The notes under the pieces are model-generated. The model was not told the origin of the DNA. It saw only the letters and a list, made by a program, of their open reading frames with translations, and searched no databases. A DNA stretch of 59,281 nt, the filler included. It is 4 parts of 4 records of this genome, joined end to end, with 100 filler letters (N's around TTAATTAATTAA, not from the genome) between each part and the next. Parts side by side here need not be neighbours in the genome. Positions count along the whole stretch, not along the records: positions 16,878 to 45,785 come from SRR20825006_225; 3 more parts are not named here. One strand, 5' to 3'. The number at the start of each line of letters is the position of its first letter. The stretch's first letter is position 1. Positions 19,644-31,108 of the stretch are shown piece after piece. The position numbers and the translations under genes are program-made.

Positions 19644-21422
19644 TTAAGAATTAATAATTCCCATTTTTCGAAGCAAGAATGAAGCATTCATGTTCTGGCA
19701 GACACCATTTTTAAACGTATAATCGAAGTAAAGTTCGTCGTTGACAATTTCTGCGTCGAAATAGTGATTTCTAACGGACGGTAATTTATCGGCAAGTGTG
19801 CACAAACTAAGATCATGCGTTGCAATAATCCCTGTCGATCCACTTCCGACTAGTCGTTCCAAAAATTTCGCGGAGCCTTCTGCTTTGTCTTTGCTGTTTG
19901 TTCCTTTCAATATTTCATCCAGCACAACGAAGTAATGGTCATTTTCGAGTTGATCCACTATGTGTTTTAGTCGGCGCAGTTCAGCGTAGAAATAGGACGC
20001 GTCATCCAACAGTGAATCGGAGGTGCGCATGCTAGAAATCAATTTAATTGGGGAATAAGTGAATGATTTTGCGGAAACGGGTAAACCACAATTTGCCAAG
20101 ACGATATTAAGTCCGACGGTGCGTAAAAAAGTACTTTTCCCAGCCATATTCGCTCCTGTAATGATGATGAAATCATTTTTCTTAATGGTAACGCTGTTTG
20201 GAACACATTTTTCGGGAGACATTAACGGATGCTTCATCTCTATGGCTTCCAAAATAAGAGCGGGTGATGGACTAACAGTCGGAAAAACATGCTCAGGTCG
20301 ATTAAAAGTATAGTTTGCGAAGCTTCCCATCGCATCAAAGAACTCAATAGACTCGAACCATTCTACGACCGTGTTATCGAAGGAAGTAATCCAACGTTCA
20401 ATTCGATAGGCATAAAAAGTATCCCAGAGCAGAAAACCATTTAAAAATGGCGCTAAAAGAATGTTGTTTCGATTTCCGAGATTGTTGATTTCTGTAGACA
20501 CTTTTCGCAGTAACACGGAAGCGCTTTTTGTTTTGCTAATCACTTTTTCTTTGTGCGCGCTGAGTAGGGCAGATTCGAATTCAACCGTTTCTATTGCCTT
20601 GATTAATTCCGCATAGTGTGCAAATGTATCTTTCGCTTTACTGATGTTGTTATAGAGGGAAGTGATGCGTTTTACATAAATTCCTGTAATTCCGAGGCCG
20701 CCGAAAAAGACCATCAAAAGTGCACTTGTAGAAATAACTTCGAACGAATAAAGCGTAATTGCTGTGACTGAAAGAGCGCTAAAAATGAGCGGAATGTATT
20801 TGAAACTTTTGGGAACAAATTTTTCATACGAACGCAGCCAATTTAGAACTACACGCGTATCGAGTTCATTTGCCGAGGCACTTAAACTGGCTGTTGCACG
20901 ATAATGTTCTCTCCAATCTAGTTTTTGGGAGAGTTCCTTAATTGCTTCTTGGCGTTCTTCAATTTCGTTTGTGTCGTTCGCATTGAGCCAACTTACTAAG
21001 AGCTGTTCTCCGTAAATGGTGTTCGTTCGGTTAATTTTCTGAAAGATAGAGCCGTCTCCAAAAAGATCAATGTCTTGATTATATGCATGACTTCCTGAAG
21101 AATACTTCGAGCCATTGTTGCCCGTGAGAACTCCTTTCAACGCTTCTAACTCTGTCTCGTTTACGGCGATAGTTGCCTTGCGATAGGCCCGTTTATCCTC
21201 TAGTTTTTGGTGCCGCGTAATTAAAAACAGAAATGAACCAATTCCCAACGAGAGTGAGATGACCAGTAATTGCGTGTTTCCCCAGAAAAAGTACACAGAA
21301 AATACAATGATTACGAATACGAGGAGTCGAAGCATTGAACTGGCAAACAATGTGCGATTAATCTTTTTGAGAAGAAGTTCGTTTTCTTGTTTTCGAGAAA
21401 GGTAAAACTGGTTTAAATCCAT
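19644..21422 (-). CDS. Membrane-anchored MutS domain V ATPase (MutS-related)
   Basis: TGANMAGKSTFLR, SYFYAEL, LDEILKGTNS, ATHDL; TM segments; no mismatch-binding domain. Confidence 0.88.
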   Translation of the reverse strand: MDLNQFYLSRKQENELLLKKINRTLFASSMLRLLVFVIIVFSVYFFWGNTQLLVISLSLGIGSFLFLITRHQKLEDKRAYRKATIAVNETELEALKGVLTGNNGSKYSSGSHAYNQDIDLFGDGSIFQKINRTNTIYGEQLLVSWLNANDTNEIEERQEAIKELSQKLDWREHYRATASLSASANELDTRVVLNWLRSYEKFVPKSFKYIPLIFSALSVTAITLYSFEVISTSALLMVFFGGLGITGIYVKRITSLYNNISKAKDTFAHYAELIKAIETVEFESALLSAHKEKVISKTKSASVLLRKVSTEINNLGNRNNILLAPFLNGFLLWDTFYAYRIERWITSFDNTVVEWFESIEFFDAMGSFANYTFNRPEHVFPTVSPSPALILEAIEMKHPLMSPEKCVPNSVTIKKNDFIIITGANMAGKSTFLRTVGLNIVLANCGLPVSAKSFTYSPIKLISSMRTSDSLLDDASYFYAELRRLKHIVDQLENDHYFVVLDEILKGTNSKDKAEGSAKFLERLVGSGSTGIIATHDLSLCTLADKLPSVRNHYFDAEIVNDELYFDYTFKNGVCQNMNASFLLRKMGIINS

Positions 21423-21541
21423 TGATGTTTGTTGAAGCCCGAAATTAGTGAATTAGCCAGAGTGATGACAATTAATCCGATGAGAATTTCAATTATTGAG
21501 TTGTTCACAGGATAGTAGTAAATCAACATTTGCATTACAAT

Positions 21542-22045
21542 TTAGAGATTTTCTCCATACGTTTTTTTTATTCCGGCTTCTTTTAATTTGTTTTCGAGCA
21601 ACTCTAATTCTTTCATACTCCAAAAGTCGTTGAAAATGTATTGGGTGAATACAACCTTATTATTTTTTAATAATCTAAAATAAGGTGTTTGCCAATGACT
21701 CCTAGGTCGAATAAGATATGTTAGATCAGTTGGATCGAGTTCGAAGAATAGTTTTGAATTGAATTTGTCCATTTCAACATGGATGGATCCCTTTATACTT
21801 ATTGAGGTTACATTGTTTCTGGCGAGCACAAATGCGACAACCAAAAGGCGGAGAACGAACAAGCTTCCAAGAATGATTATAAAGACTAGTTCGTGAATAT
21901 CATAGTCTCGGTATCCAATGAAAGCAAATAACGGAAAAGCAATTAATGCAATAGGAGTTAACCATACTGTAAAACCAAAGCTCTTCGACGCTAGAATAAC
22001 TCGACCTAAAAAAGAAACTGACGGTTTGTTTATTACGAAGCTCAT
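21542..22045 (-). CDS. Hypothetical membrane protein
   Basis: 167-aa ORF with two hydrophobic segments, co-oriented with neighbours. Confidence 0.6.
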   Translation of the reverse strand: MSFVINKPSVSFLGRVILASKSFGFTVWLTPIALIAFPLFAFIGYRDYDIHELVFIIILGSLFVLRLLVVAFVLARNNVTSISIKGSIHVEMDKFNSKLFFELDPTDLTYLIRPRSHWQTPYFRLLKNNKVVFTQYIFNDFWSMKELELLENKLKEAGIKKTYGENL

Positions 22046-22090
22046 GATTTTTTCACCTATTTACTGAGACCAATCTATTCACAGAAGTTG

Positions 22091-23575
22091 CTATTTCATT
22101 TCAATATCAATTATTTTCTGTCCATGTTCGCCTAAATAATGTAAAATAAGCGGTTCGAAAACTTTTCCACCAGTGTCTGAGTTTGTGAAAATTAAAAGAC
22201 CATCTTTTGTTTTAGGGAAGATAAAAGCGATTGTTTGAACTCCTTCGTCTGAACCACCATGAGACAGCGCAGACTCTCCATTTTCAAGATCGTAAATTTC
22301 AAACCCTAAACCAAAGTGCTTTCCTCTTGCGCTAGCGACTTGGTGCGAATTCATTTCGTTAAATACTTCGCTTGTAAGTCCTTCACTATTAAGGACACTT
22401 ACCAAAAAGTTACCATAATCTTCGATTGTCGTTAATAGATCATCAGCGGCATTTGGCGTTTTATGTTTTATCGTTTCATACGCATTTCCCTCACCGTCAT
22501 AACCAATAGCCAATCTTGAAGTGTCAATTTTTTCATCCCAAACAAGTCTGGTATCGGTCATTTTTAGTGGTTGAAAAATAAGTTCGCTTGCCAATTGTTG
22601 CAGTGATTTCTTAAATTTCTTTTCCAACGCTTTTCTTAAATACTCATATCCTTCCCCTGAATAGTGATAGCCTTTTCCTGGGTCAAATTTAAAGTTGAGT
22701 TTCCCGTCGTCGTTCATCCATCGCCAATTTGGAAAGCCGGTTTGATGACTCAGAACAAGTCGTGTGGTTATTTTTTTGTTCCTAGGATCGCTCGCAATAT
22801 CAGGGTCAGTCCAATACTTGCAAATTGGCTCGTCCAAGTTCCATTTGCCTTGACTAACCAACTTTAAAGCTACCATTGCTGTAATCGGTTTTGTCAAAGA
22901 AGCAACGTTAAAAATGGTATTGTACGGTGCGGTAACTCCTTCTGTAATTTCTCCAAAAACCCTCACTTGGGTTAGTTTTCCGTTCTCAATGATTCCAAGT
23001 CCTAGTGTTGGAACGTTGATTTCTTTTAGCCATTTTTCAATTTCCGTATCGTTGTCAAAGATAGACGATGTCGTATTCGAAAGTTGTACTTCTACATGCT
23101 CAAAACTTAGGGATTTTGTGAGTTTCCATTCACCATTTTCTAGAAGCCAAACGTGTGTAAACTTGGCAGAACTTCCAAATTTTTCAGGTTGATTCGGTAG
23201 TTTTTCGAAGAATTGATGAACGCCTTCTTGTATCGCTCCGTATAGATTTCCATTGGCATGTAAAGCGAAAATTTCAGTGCTTTCGGGCAACAATTCTCTT
23301 CTTGCCTGAAAATTTTCAGGGTCGATACAGAGTCCTTTTCTCAGATCATTGAGAAACTTTGTTTTATCGGAAATCCCAGCTTTGTCGTGAAAGAATTCAA
23401 ATTTGTCGCTCAACAAGCTTTCGAACTGCGAAACATCACAGGTGTTAAAACCAATTTCAAAAAGCAAACTGTCTTTTGAAAGAATCGTTTTGTATAAATC
23501 GGAATTCTTGTCAACTTGTGCAAACGAAGAATAGAGCGAGAAAAAAATGGAAAGAGCGGCTATATATTTTTTCAT
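22091..23575 (-). CDS. Serine hydrolase (class C beta-lactamase-like) with N-terminal NTF2/DUF4440-like domain
   Basis: Signal MKKYIAAL; FEFFHD..G N-domain; ASLTK (SxxK), YSG, LSHQTG, HGG motifs. Confidence 0.85.
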   Translation of the reverse strand: MKKYIAALSIFFSLYSSFAQVDKNSDLYKTILSKDSLLFEIGFNTCDVSQFESLLSDKFEFFHDKAGISDKTKFLNDLRKGLCIDPENFQARRELLPESTEIFALHANGNLYGAIQEGVHQFFEKLPNQPEKFGSSAKFTHVWLLENGEWKLTKSLSFEHVEVQLSNTTSSIFDNDTEIEKWLKEINVPTLGLGIIENGKLTQVRVFGEITEGVTAPYNTIFNVASLTKPITAMVALKLVSQGKWNLDEPICKYWTDPDIASDPRNKKITTRLVLSHQTGFPNWRWMNDDGKLNFKFDPGKGYHYSGEGYEYLRKALEKKFKKSLQQLASELIFQPLKMTDTRLVWDEKIDTSRLAIGYDGEGNAYETIKHKTPNAADDLLTTIEDYGNFLVSVLNSEGLTSEVFNEMNSHQVASARGKHFGLGFEIYDLENGESALSHGGSDEGVQTIAFIFPKTKDGLLIFTNSDTGGKVFEPLILHYLGEHGQKIIDIEMK

Positions 23576-23614
23576 TTGATCACGATAATTTAAGTTACAA
23601 GATCCGTTTTTATA

Positions 23615-23638
23615 ATGGGTTTGGAGAGCCTCAGCCCA
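23615..23638. repeat. Further copy of the REP-like element
   Basis: ATGGGTTTGGAGAGCCTCAGCCCA matches the reverse complement of 16945-16968 at 21/24. Confidence 0.6.
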
Positions 23639-23695
23639 CACACAAAAAAGGTCAATCTTTTCAGACTGACCTTCCACTAAATTATTTATTGTAGA

Positions 23696-24958
23696 CTACA
23701 ACCCTAACAAAACTTCCATTGGATCTTTCGAACCAAAGATCATTCGCTCTGGGTTTTCTAACATTTCTTTTACTTTCACAAGGAAACTAACCGACTCTTT
23801 TCCGTCGATGATTCGGTGATCATAAGACAATGCCAAGTACATAATTGGTCTAATTTCCACTTTTCCATCGATCGCAACTGGACGCTCAACAATATTGTGC
23901 ATTCCCAAGATTGCAGCTTGAGGTGGGTTGATAATTGGCGTTGAAAGCATAGAACCAAACACACCACCGTTGGTAATTGTGAATGTTCCTCCTGTCATTT
24001 CATCTGGAGTAATTTTTCCGTCACGTGCTTTTATCGCTAAACGCTTAATTTCACGCTCGATTTCCGCCAAACTCATTTGTTCTGCGTTGCGAATTACTGG
24101 AACCATCAATCCTTTTGGTGATGAAACCGCGATTCCGATATCTGCATAATTATGGAAAATCATTTCATCTCCCTCAATTTGTGCGTTCACAGCTGGATAT
24201 AAATTCAATGCTTCAGTTACCGCTTTGGTAAAGAAAGACATAAATCCAAGGTTTACTTCGTGATGTTCAGCGAACTTTGCTTTGTATTTTGTACGAAGAT
24301 CCATGATCGGTTTCATGTCAATCTCGTTGAACGTTGTAAGCATTGCTGTTTCGTTCTTCACAGAAACTAAACGTTCTGCAATTTTACGACGAAGCATTTT
24401 CATTCTCTCACGGCTTTGATCGCGTGTACCGCCCCATCCAGATGCAGCATCCGTTGCAAACCCACCAGCCATTGCTACAAGAACATCTTGCTTGGTGATT
24501 CTGCCATCTTTGCCAGTTCCGTTCATTTTTGCACCCGAAATACCGTTCTCAGCCATCATCTTTGCAGCCGCTGGGGAAGGTGTTTTTGAAGCGTAAGAAT
24601 CACTTGTTGGCTTCACAGGATCTGGACTCACAGATTTTGCTGCGGGCTCTTCTTTTTTAACAGGTGTTGCTTCTACAACAGTTGCTGTGCCTGCAGAAAC
24701 AAAGTCCGCTGGCTTTTCAGCTGAAGTATCAATCAAACAAACCACTTGTCCAACTGCAACTGTTTCTCCATCTTCCGCTTTTAATGTGATAATTCCACTT
24801 TCTTCTGCAGGAAGTTCGAGTGTAGCTTTATCTGAATCAATTTCCGCGATAGCCTGATCTTTCTCAACGTAATCTCCGTCAGATACCATCCATTGTGCAA
24901 TTTCAACTTCTGAAATCGATTCTCCTGGACTTGGTACTTTCATTTCTAATACTGACAT
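23696..24958 (-). CDS. sucB: 2-oxoglutarate dehydrogenase E2, dihydrolipoamide succinyltransferase
   Basis: Lipoyl domain [24 protein letters not shown]. Confidence 0.96.
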   Translation of the reverse strand: MSVLEMKVPSPGESISEVEIAQWMVSDGDYVEKDQAIAEIDSDKATLELPAEESGIITLKAEDGETVAVGQVVCLIDTSAEKPADFVSAGTATVVEATPVKKEEPAAKSVSPDPVKPTSDSYASKTPSPAAAKMMAENGISGAKMNGTGKDGRITKQDVLVAMAGGFATDAASGWGGTRDQSRERMKMLRRKIAERLVSVKNETAMLTTFNEIDMKPIMDLRTKYKAKFAEHHEVNLGFMSFFTKAVTEALNLYPAVNAQIEGDEMIFHNYADIGIAVSSPKGLMVPVIRNAEQMSLAEIEREIKRLAIKARDGKITPDEMTGGTFTITNGGVFGSMLSTPIINPPQAAILGMHNIVERPVAIDGKVEIRPIMYLALSYDHRIIDGKESVSFLVKVKEMLENPERMIFGSKDPMEVLLGL

Positions 24959-24978
24959 GTCTTCTGTATTTCGTGTTT

Positions 24979-27702
24979 TTATGCGTTTATCGTTGCGTAA
25001 GCAAACAATTCTTCAAATAATCTTGATAATCGACGTTTGTGTAGGTCGTGAGAACCTTCCGCAGCGGCAGCAGAACTGTTTCTACTGATCCCGATGAGGT
25101 TCAATGAACGCAATTGCATCGCCATGTATGTCCATGCTCCCATGTTTGAAGGCTCTTCTTGCGCCCAAATAATGTTCTTAGCGTTGTACTTAGCTAAAAT
25201 AGCATCAATTTGATTTTGCGGGAATGGATACAATTGCTCTACTCGAACGAACGCCATGTTTTCCGCGCCCATTTCTTGTGCTTTCTCCGATGCTTCGTAG
25301 TAGAATTTACCAGAGCAAAGTACGACAGTATCAATTGCTTTTGTATTAGCATTCGGGTCGTCGATGACTTCTTGGAAACTTCCGGTTGCCATTTCATCTA
25401 AACTTGACACTGCCGAAGGATAACGAAGCAACATTTTTGGGGAGAAAACCACCAATGGCTTTCTAAACTCACGTTTTAACTGTCTTCGCAACAAGTGGAA
25501 ATGATTCGCTGGAGTAGAAGTATTTACTACTTGGATATTCAAATCTGCACATTGTTGTAAAAATCGCTCCATACGACCGCTTGAGTGCTCTGCGCCTTGT
25601 CCCTCGTATCCGTGAGGAAGCAACATCACCAATCCACTTTGCGTTGCCCATTTGTCTTCACCAGCCGTAATAAACTGATCGACCATGATTTGAGCACCGT
25701 TGTAAAAATCTCCAAATTGTGCTTCCCAAATGGTTAAACCTTGAGGGCAAGCGAGCGAATAACCGTATTCATATCCTAATACTCCGTATTCTGAAAGAAG
25801 TGAATTGTAAATAGTCAAATTCGCTTGATTCTCAGAAAGCATGTTAAGCGTGATTACTTCCTCTTCAGTATCTTCTGTTTTTACCACAGCATGACGGTGA
25901 GAGAATGTTCCTCGCTCTACATCTTGTCCACTTATTCTAACAGGGTGACCTTCATCTAAAAGTGTCGCATAAGCTAACATTTCAGCCGATCCCCAATCCA
26001 ATTTATCTTCTCTTATCGCTGTTAAACGATCATTGAAAATTTTGGAAATTTTTCTAAAGTATTTTTTTCCTTCAGGAAGAGTTGCCAATTTTTCTCCAAG
26101 TTCCTGCAATTTTTGTTTTGAAACACCTGTTTCTGGTGATTGTACAAAATCTGCTGCTTTCCCTTGACGGTAACCTTCCCAAACGTCACTCAAAAAGTCG
26201 TACACAAGTGCTTTTTCTTGTTTACGAGACTCTTCGTATTCGTTTTCTAAGTATTGATTGTATTCTTCGTTATATTCATTTGCATCTTTCGCAGAAACGA
26301 TTCCTTCAGTCACCAATTGTTTAAGATAGATGTCCTTAACATTGGAATGATTCTTAATTGCGTTGTATAAGTTCGGTTGCGTAAACTTAGGCTCATCTCC
26401 TTCATTGTGACCATATAAACGATATCCTAAAAGATCGATAAAGATGTCACTCTTGAAATGCTGACGATAATTCATCGCAATTTCCATTACCTGAACAACG
26501 GCTTCAACATCATCGGCATTCACATGGAAAACTGGGCACAAAGTAGTTTTTGCAACATCTGTACAATAAGTAGAAGTACGACCATCCAAGTAATTCGTTG
26601 TAAACCCAATTTGATTATTGGCAACGATATGTATTGTTCCTCCAGTTGAATAGCCATCCAATCCAGCCATTTGAACAGTTTCATAAACGATTCCTTGACC
26701 AGCAATTGCGGCATCACCATGAATGAGGACTGAACAAATTTTAGATGTATCACTGTCCAATTTATGATCAATCTTCGCGCGAGAAATACCTGTAACAACA
26801 GTGTTTACAGCTTCCAAGTGAGATGGATTTGGAGAAAGCGTCAATCCGATTTTCTTTCCATTCTTCGCGGTAACATACGACGTAAATCCTTGGTGGTATT
26901 TTACGTCACCATCAAATGTATCGTCGGATTCAAATTCTTTTCCTTCAAATTCAGAAAAAATGTCTTTTGGACGTTTTTCAAAAATATTCGTAAGTGTATT
27001 CAATCTGCCACGGTGAGCCATTCCCATTACGAAATATTCAACACCTTCATCAGATCCTTTCTGAATTAATGCATCTAAAGCAGGGATTAATACCTCAAGT
27101 CCTTCTACAGAGAAACGTTTTTGACCAACGAATTTTTTACCTAAAAACGACTCAAAATTAGACGCCTGATTGAGTTTTTTATAGATCTCAATCTTTTGCT
27201 TTGTATCGAATTTCGGACGGTTTTTGAGTTCAATGGCATTTTTAAACCAAGCAATTTTCCCTGGTTCACGCATGTACATGTACTCGATACCTATTGACTG
27301 ACAATACGTTTCCTCTAAGTTGTCGATAATCTCGCGCAAGGAAGCTGGACCGATTCCAATGTCTTCTCCCGCTTGGAAGATTAGATCAAGATCACTTTTT
27401 TCTAAACCAAAATTCTCAATCTCTAGCGTAGGCGAATATTTTCTTCGCTCTCGCACTGGATTCGTTTTCGTGAAAAGATGTCCACGATTTCGATACCCAT
27501 TTATGAGATTAATTACTTTGAATTCCTTTTTAAAGTTCTCTGGAATTTCACCGCCACTTGTATAATCAGTTTTCGCAAACTCAAATCCTTCAAAGAATTT
27601 TTGCCAACCAATATCAACGTTTTCCGGATTTTGGAGATACATAGAATACAGGTGATCGATTGCGTTCACATCTGCATTCCCGACATAAGATATTTTGTCC
27701 AT
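24979..27702 (-). CDS. sucA: 2-oxoglutarate dehydrogenase E1
   Basis: [39 protein letters not shown]. Confidence 0.97.
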   Translation of the reverse strand: MDKISYVGNADVNAIDHLYSMYLQNPENVDIGWQKFFEGFEFAKTDYTSGGEIPENFKKEFKVINLINGYRNRGHLFTKTNPVRERRKYSPTLEIENFGLEKSDLDLIFQAGEDIGIGPASLREIIDNLEETYCQSIGIEYMYMREPGKIAWFKNAIELKNRPKFDTKQKIEIYKKLNQASNFESFLGKKFVGQKRFSVEGLEVLIPALDALIQKGSDEGVEYFVMGMAHRGRLNTLTNIFEKRPKDIFSEFEGKEFESDDTFDGDVKYHQGFTSYVTAKNGKKIGLTLSPNPSHLEAVNTVVTGISRAKIDHKLDSDTSKICSVLIHGDAAIAGQGIVYETVQMAGLDGYSTGGTIHIVANNQIGFTTNYLDGRTSTYCTDVAKTTLCPVFHVNADDVEAVVQVMEIAMNYRQHFKSDIFIDLLGYRLYGHNEGDEPKFTQPNLYNAIKNHSNVKDIYLKQLVTEGIVSAKDANEYNEEYNQYLENEYEESRKQEKALVYDFLSDVWEGYRQGKAADFVQSPETGVSKQKLQELGEKLATLPEGKKYFRKISKIFNDRLTAIREDKLDWGSAEMLAYATLLDEGHPVRISGQDVERGTFSHRHAVVKTEDTEEEVITLNMLSENQANLTIYNSLLSEYGVLGYEYGYSLACPQGLTIWEAQFGDFYNGAQIMVDQFITAGEDKWATQSGLVMLLPHGYEGQGAEHSSGRMERFLQQCADLNIQVVNTSTPANHFHLLRRQLKREFRKPLVVFSPKMLLRYPSAVSSLDEMATGSFQEVIDDPNANTKAIDTVVLCSGKFYYEASEKAQEMGAENMAFVRVEQLYPFPQNQIDAILAKYNAKNIIWAQEEPSNMGAWTYMAMQLRSLNLIGISRNSSAAAAEGSHDLHKRRLSRLFEELFAYATINA

Positions 27703-27798
27703 ACTATTTGTGCACTATAATGGAAGAGCAAATTTAGACAAATTGGACACTTTAACGTTAGATTAACATTGAAAAAAGGAATATAAAGTGTTAGATTC

Positions 27799-28140
27799 TT
27801 AGAATCTTGACCGTAAGTAGACCTTAAAGGCCTCTCTGCGAAGGATAATTTCTGCCAATTGTTTCGTCGGAGATTCAGATTTTAATGCGTCAACGTACAA
27901 GTTTTCAGGAAGATCGACTTGATAAACGAGTTGTTGAAGGCTGGAGAATGACTGTTTTTCAATTTGTTCCAGTTGAGATTCAATTTGAGTAAGAATACTT
28001 TCGGTTGATTGGACAATTTCACCAAAGAAAGCATCAAAAGTGCATCCAACGGCTGAAAAATCTTTTTGAATTTGTTGTTGAGTCCGAAGAACAAAATCTT
28101 CAGATTTCAATTGCTGATTCAACATCTCTAAATCCATCAT
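27799..28140 (-). CDS. Hypothetical protein
   Basis: 113-aa ORF with typical codon use ending LVYQVDLPE...ILRREAFKVYLR. Confidence 0.7.
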   Translation of the reverse strand: MMDLEMLNQQLKSEDFVLRTQQQIQKDFSAVGCTFDAFFGEIVQSTESILTQIESQLEQIEKQSFSSLQQLVYQVDLPENLYVDALKSESPTKQLAEIILRREAFKVYLRSRF

Positions 28141-28189
28141 TCCTTATACCGCTTCGATTGTTTAATTACTACAAAAGTATAATTAAAAG

Positions 28190-28217
28190 TGCCTCACCGG
28201 TTTAATCCAGTGAGGCA
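28190..28217 (-). terminator. Probable terminator of the BNR lipoprotein gene
   Basis: TGCCTCAC...GTGAGGCA stem followed by CTTTT on minus strand. Confidence 0.6.
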
Positions 28218-28231
28218 AAGTTTACAACTGT

Positions 28232-31108
28232 CTATCGTTCAAATTGCTCAGCGACAGCAATATTAAACGAAATAAGATCAGCCAATAATTCCTGACCATT
28301 CTTTTGGTTTACAGAAAGGGTATATGCACCAATCTCAAGATTGGAGGTAAGAAGCTTAATTATGAGATTCTCACCGTCATTTTCAATTGAGTATTGATTT
28401 TTAGAAAGTGACGTTCCATTCAACATGATTTGAAGCGCGGCATTTGGATTGAAGTTAGTTGCCCGAATCCTAATGCTTTCTTGATCGGAATAAAAGTAAC
28501 CGTATTGAGAATCAACCAAAGATAATGTTGGTGTTGGTTCGCTCACTTTTGGAAGATCGTTGGTGGTAAGTTCTGCATTCGCAAAGATCACACCTTTAAA
28601 CAGAGTTCCTTCGAGGTACAATCCGTAAGCTGAGACTTTTTCGTTGGCTTTAATTTCCTCCAAAAATTCTTCTTCAGTGAATTGAGCATCTGGATTAACG
28701 GTGACTTTGAATGGTACTTCGCTAGAAGAGATTAGTTCAGCGCCTTTGTATGAATAACTGACGAATTCACCTCCAGAGATACTCACTTCTTGAATTGCGT
28801 TGCGCTCTTTACTGAATTTTACGTTTGTTATTCTTCCTCCTTTGAGAATTACAAAAGCGCATACTGGACAAGCATCAGGGTTGTTTATTTGACTAATTGG
28901 AATTCTTCCACCTTTCCATTTTATTGTTGGCTCCGCAAGTACAAAATCAGGGATTTTACGTATGAGCTTTGGGCATTTTTTATGTGTGTACTTCCATAAA
29001 CCAGTTCCATAGGAAGAAATGATGACTTTATTTTTCCCAGGAAAGAAAAAGGAGGAAACCAATGATATTTTGTCTGATCCCTCAATTTTTTTCCATGTTA
29101 TGCCATAATCGAATGATTCCATCACTCCAGCTTCTCGTGTTCCAACAAGAATATGACACGCACATTCCGGATCATAGCCGTATGAAGTAATTTGCGTGAA
29201 CCCATTTTTGTCGAATTCTATGCTCCCGCCAGCTGTTACCAGATTTGTTAGTTGCGCATTTTCTACCCAATTCACTCCTGAGTCTGTGGTGCGTTTAACC
29301 GTATGAGATACAATGTCGGATACAATTAACTGACTTCTATCTACTGGATGTACACCAAACGGTTTATACCAAGCAAACATCGTAGGGAAGGTTCCGAGGC
29401 TTCCAAAACCATCAATGATTGATACAATTGGAGTTCCGCTGCCAAGGACATCTGTAACGCGGCTTATGTGGAGAATTTCATTTCCTGATGGCGTAGATCC
29501 CGGCGCTCTGATAGCGGTGAAAACTTCTGGATTCGCGATTGGCCCGACTACCTTTGAAAAATCGCGAATGGCTTGCGTGATGGCGAATTTGTTAGACCAA
29601 GTGGAGCCAGTATTGTCGGTGTATTGAAAAAGGTTAATGTCGGAGCCTGGAATAGAGGTGTTTATTAGGTATTTGTTGGTACCAAGTAAAATGGGATTTC
29701 CTTTAGAATTTGCTGGGTTTGGAAACGCACCATTTCCTGAAAGTAATGGACCAGACATGAAGTTGTAACATGCGCCGCACGTAACACCTGTAACTTTTGT
29801 TTGTTCAGCGGGTAAATAAGCTCTTGAAACTCCAAGGAAAAATCCCTCGCAACAAATTTTACTTGTCCACGAGGAGCCTGTGTTTGAAGATGCCCAGATA
29901 TCATTGTCCTGAGTTCCGAAATACAAATCAGCTGTGCCATCATTTCCAGAGTGTAGTTGACCTGTTACTTCGGTGATTTGCATGGCTTCGTAGAGCACAT
30001 TCGACAATGTCCATGTAGTACCTCCGTCAGCGGTAATTTGATTTCCTCCATCACCTGTCAATAAAACGGGTGTTTTCCCGTCGGATGAAAATCCAATGTC
30101 AGAATAATCGCAGTGTTGTGTGGTGGCTGCCGTCCATGTACCAAAGGTTGGATTGGCAGAGTGTGTCACTTCGGATTTCCGTAAAGAACAACCACCATCG
30201 CTGTGGTAAACAGTATATTTTGTCGCCCCGCCAGTTGTAGTGCTTGCGGATACTTTTACGAATGAAGGTCTATTTACGCCATTCGGAGAGACGATTGTCC
30301 AGTTTGCTCCGTTGTTATTGGTGAATTGTAAACCAGCGTTTGTTGCGAAGTAAACGTGCTGTTCGTTAGAAGGTGAAACGGCAATTGATCGATTTGAAAA
30401 GGAGGTCCAAAAGTTTCCAATTACGCTCCAATTTGCTCCATTGTCGGAAGTGGATCTAAGTTGAGAGTTGGTTGAAAACAAAATCCTGTTTGCGGAAGAG
30501 GTAGTAACATCACGTACATTTTCGTTTCCTAAAAACCCTGGTGCCGCAGGGAGATAATTCCACGTAACTCCGGCATCATCGCTTACGGCAATTCCGCAAC
30601 TTGTGCCAACATACAGGCGTTGTGTAGACGCTTCGTAGTGTAAGGCATTCGCACTGAAATTAGTTCCGCAATTGTTAGGTAATGAGATAAAACTCCATGT
30701 ACTTCCGTCATTTGTACTTCTCCAAATACCTGCTTTTGTGGGGGTTTTAAAGTCCTCGCCGCTCGAAGCAATGATTACGCTCGGGGTCGGTGGGTAGTGA
30801 AGTACATCTGTAAAATAGAAGTTATTTTCGTTCAATATTTTGATCCACGTCCGCGCCGAGTTTGTTGATCTAAAAAGACCTCCAGTTTCTGATGCAACAA
30901 CCATTTGCGCGTTGTTGGTTGGATGCATACTTACTGCAACAGACCTTCCATTGTTGGGTGTTCCCAGAATCATTTGATAGGGGTTAGTGCATCCAGATAG
31001 AACGAGAATGCTTCCTGAAAGAAACAGAAGAAGTGGATGAGTTAATAGGTAGCCTTTTTTTGAGAAAGTACCACGAATTTTTGGCCAGATAGAATAATTT
31101 GTTTTCAT
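28232..31108 (-). CDS. Large BNR/Asp-box repeat (beta-propeller, glycosyl-hydrolase-like) lipoprotein
   Basis: LSGC lipobox; about ten S/T-x-D/N-x-G-x-T/S-W repeats; many paired Cys. Confidence 0.8.
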   Translation of the reverse strand: MKTNYSIWPKIRGTFSKKGYLLTHPLLLFLSGSILVLSGCTNPYQMILGTPNNGRSVAVSMHPTNNAQMVVASETGGLFRSTNSARTWIKILNENNFYFTDVLHYPPTPSVIIASSGEDFKTPTKAGIWRSTNDGSTWSFISLPNNCGTNFSANALHYEASTQRLYVGTSCGIAVSDDAGVTWNYLPAAPGFLGNENVRDVTTSSANRILFSTNSQLRSTSDNGANWSVIGNFWTSFSNRSIAVSPSNEQHVYFATNAGLQFTNNNGANWTIVSPNGVNRPSFVKVSASTTTGGATKYTVYHSDGGCSLRKSEVTHSANPTFGTWTAATTQHCDYSDIGFSSDGKTPVLLTGDGGNQITADGGTTWTLSNVLYEAMQITEVTGQLHSGNDGTADLYFGTQDNDIWASSNTGSSWTSKICCEGFFLGVSRAYLPAEQTKVTGVTCGACYNFMSGPLLSGNGAFPNPANSKGNPILLGTNKYLINTSIPGSDINLFQYTDNTGSTWSNKFAITQAIRDFSKVVGPIANPEVFTAIRAPGSTPSGNEILHISRVTDVLGSGTPIVSIIDGFGSLGTFPTMFAWYKPFGVHPVDRSQLIVSDIVSHTVKRTTDSGVNWVENAQLTNLVTAGGSIEFDKNGFTQITSYGYDPECACHILVGTREAGVMESFDYGITWKKIEGSDKISLVSSFFFPGKNKVIISSYGTGLWKYTHKKCPKLIRKIPDFVLAEPTIKWKGGRIPISQINNPDACPVCAFVILKGGRITNVKFSKERNAIQEVSISGGEFVSYSYKGAELISSSEVPFKVTVNPDAQFTEEEFLEEIKANEKVSAYGLYLEGTLFKGVIFANAELTTNDLPKVSEPTPTLSLVDSQYGYFYSDQESIRIRATNFNPNAALQIMLNGTSLSKNQYSIENDGENLIIKLLTSNLEIGAYTLSVNQKNGQELLADLISFNIAVAEQFER

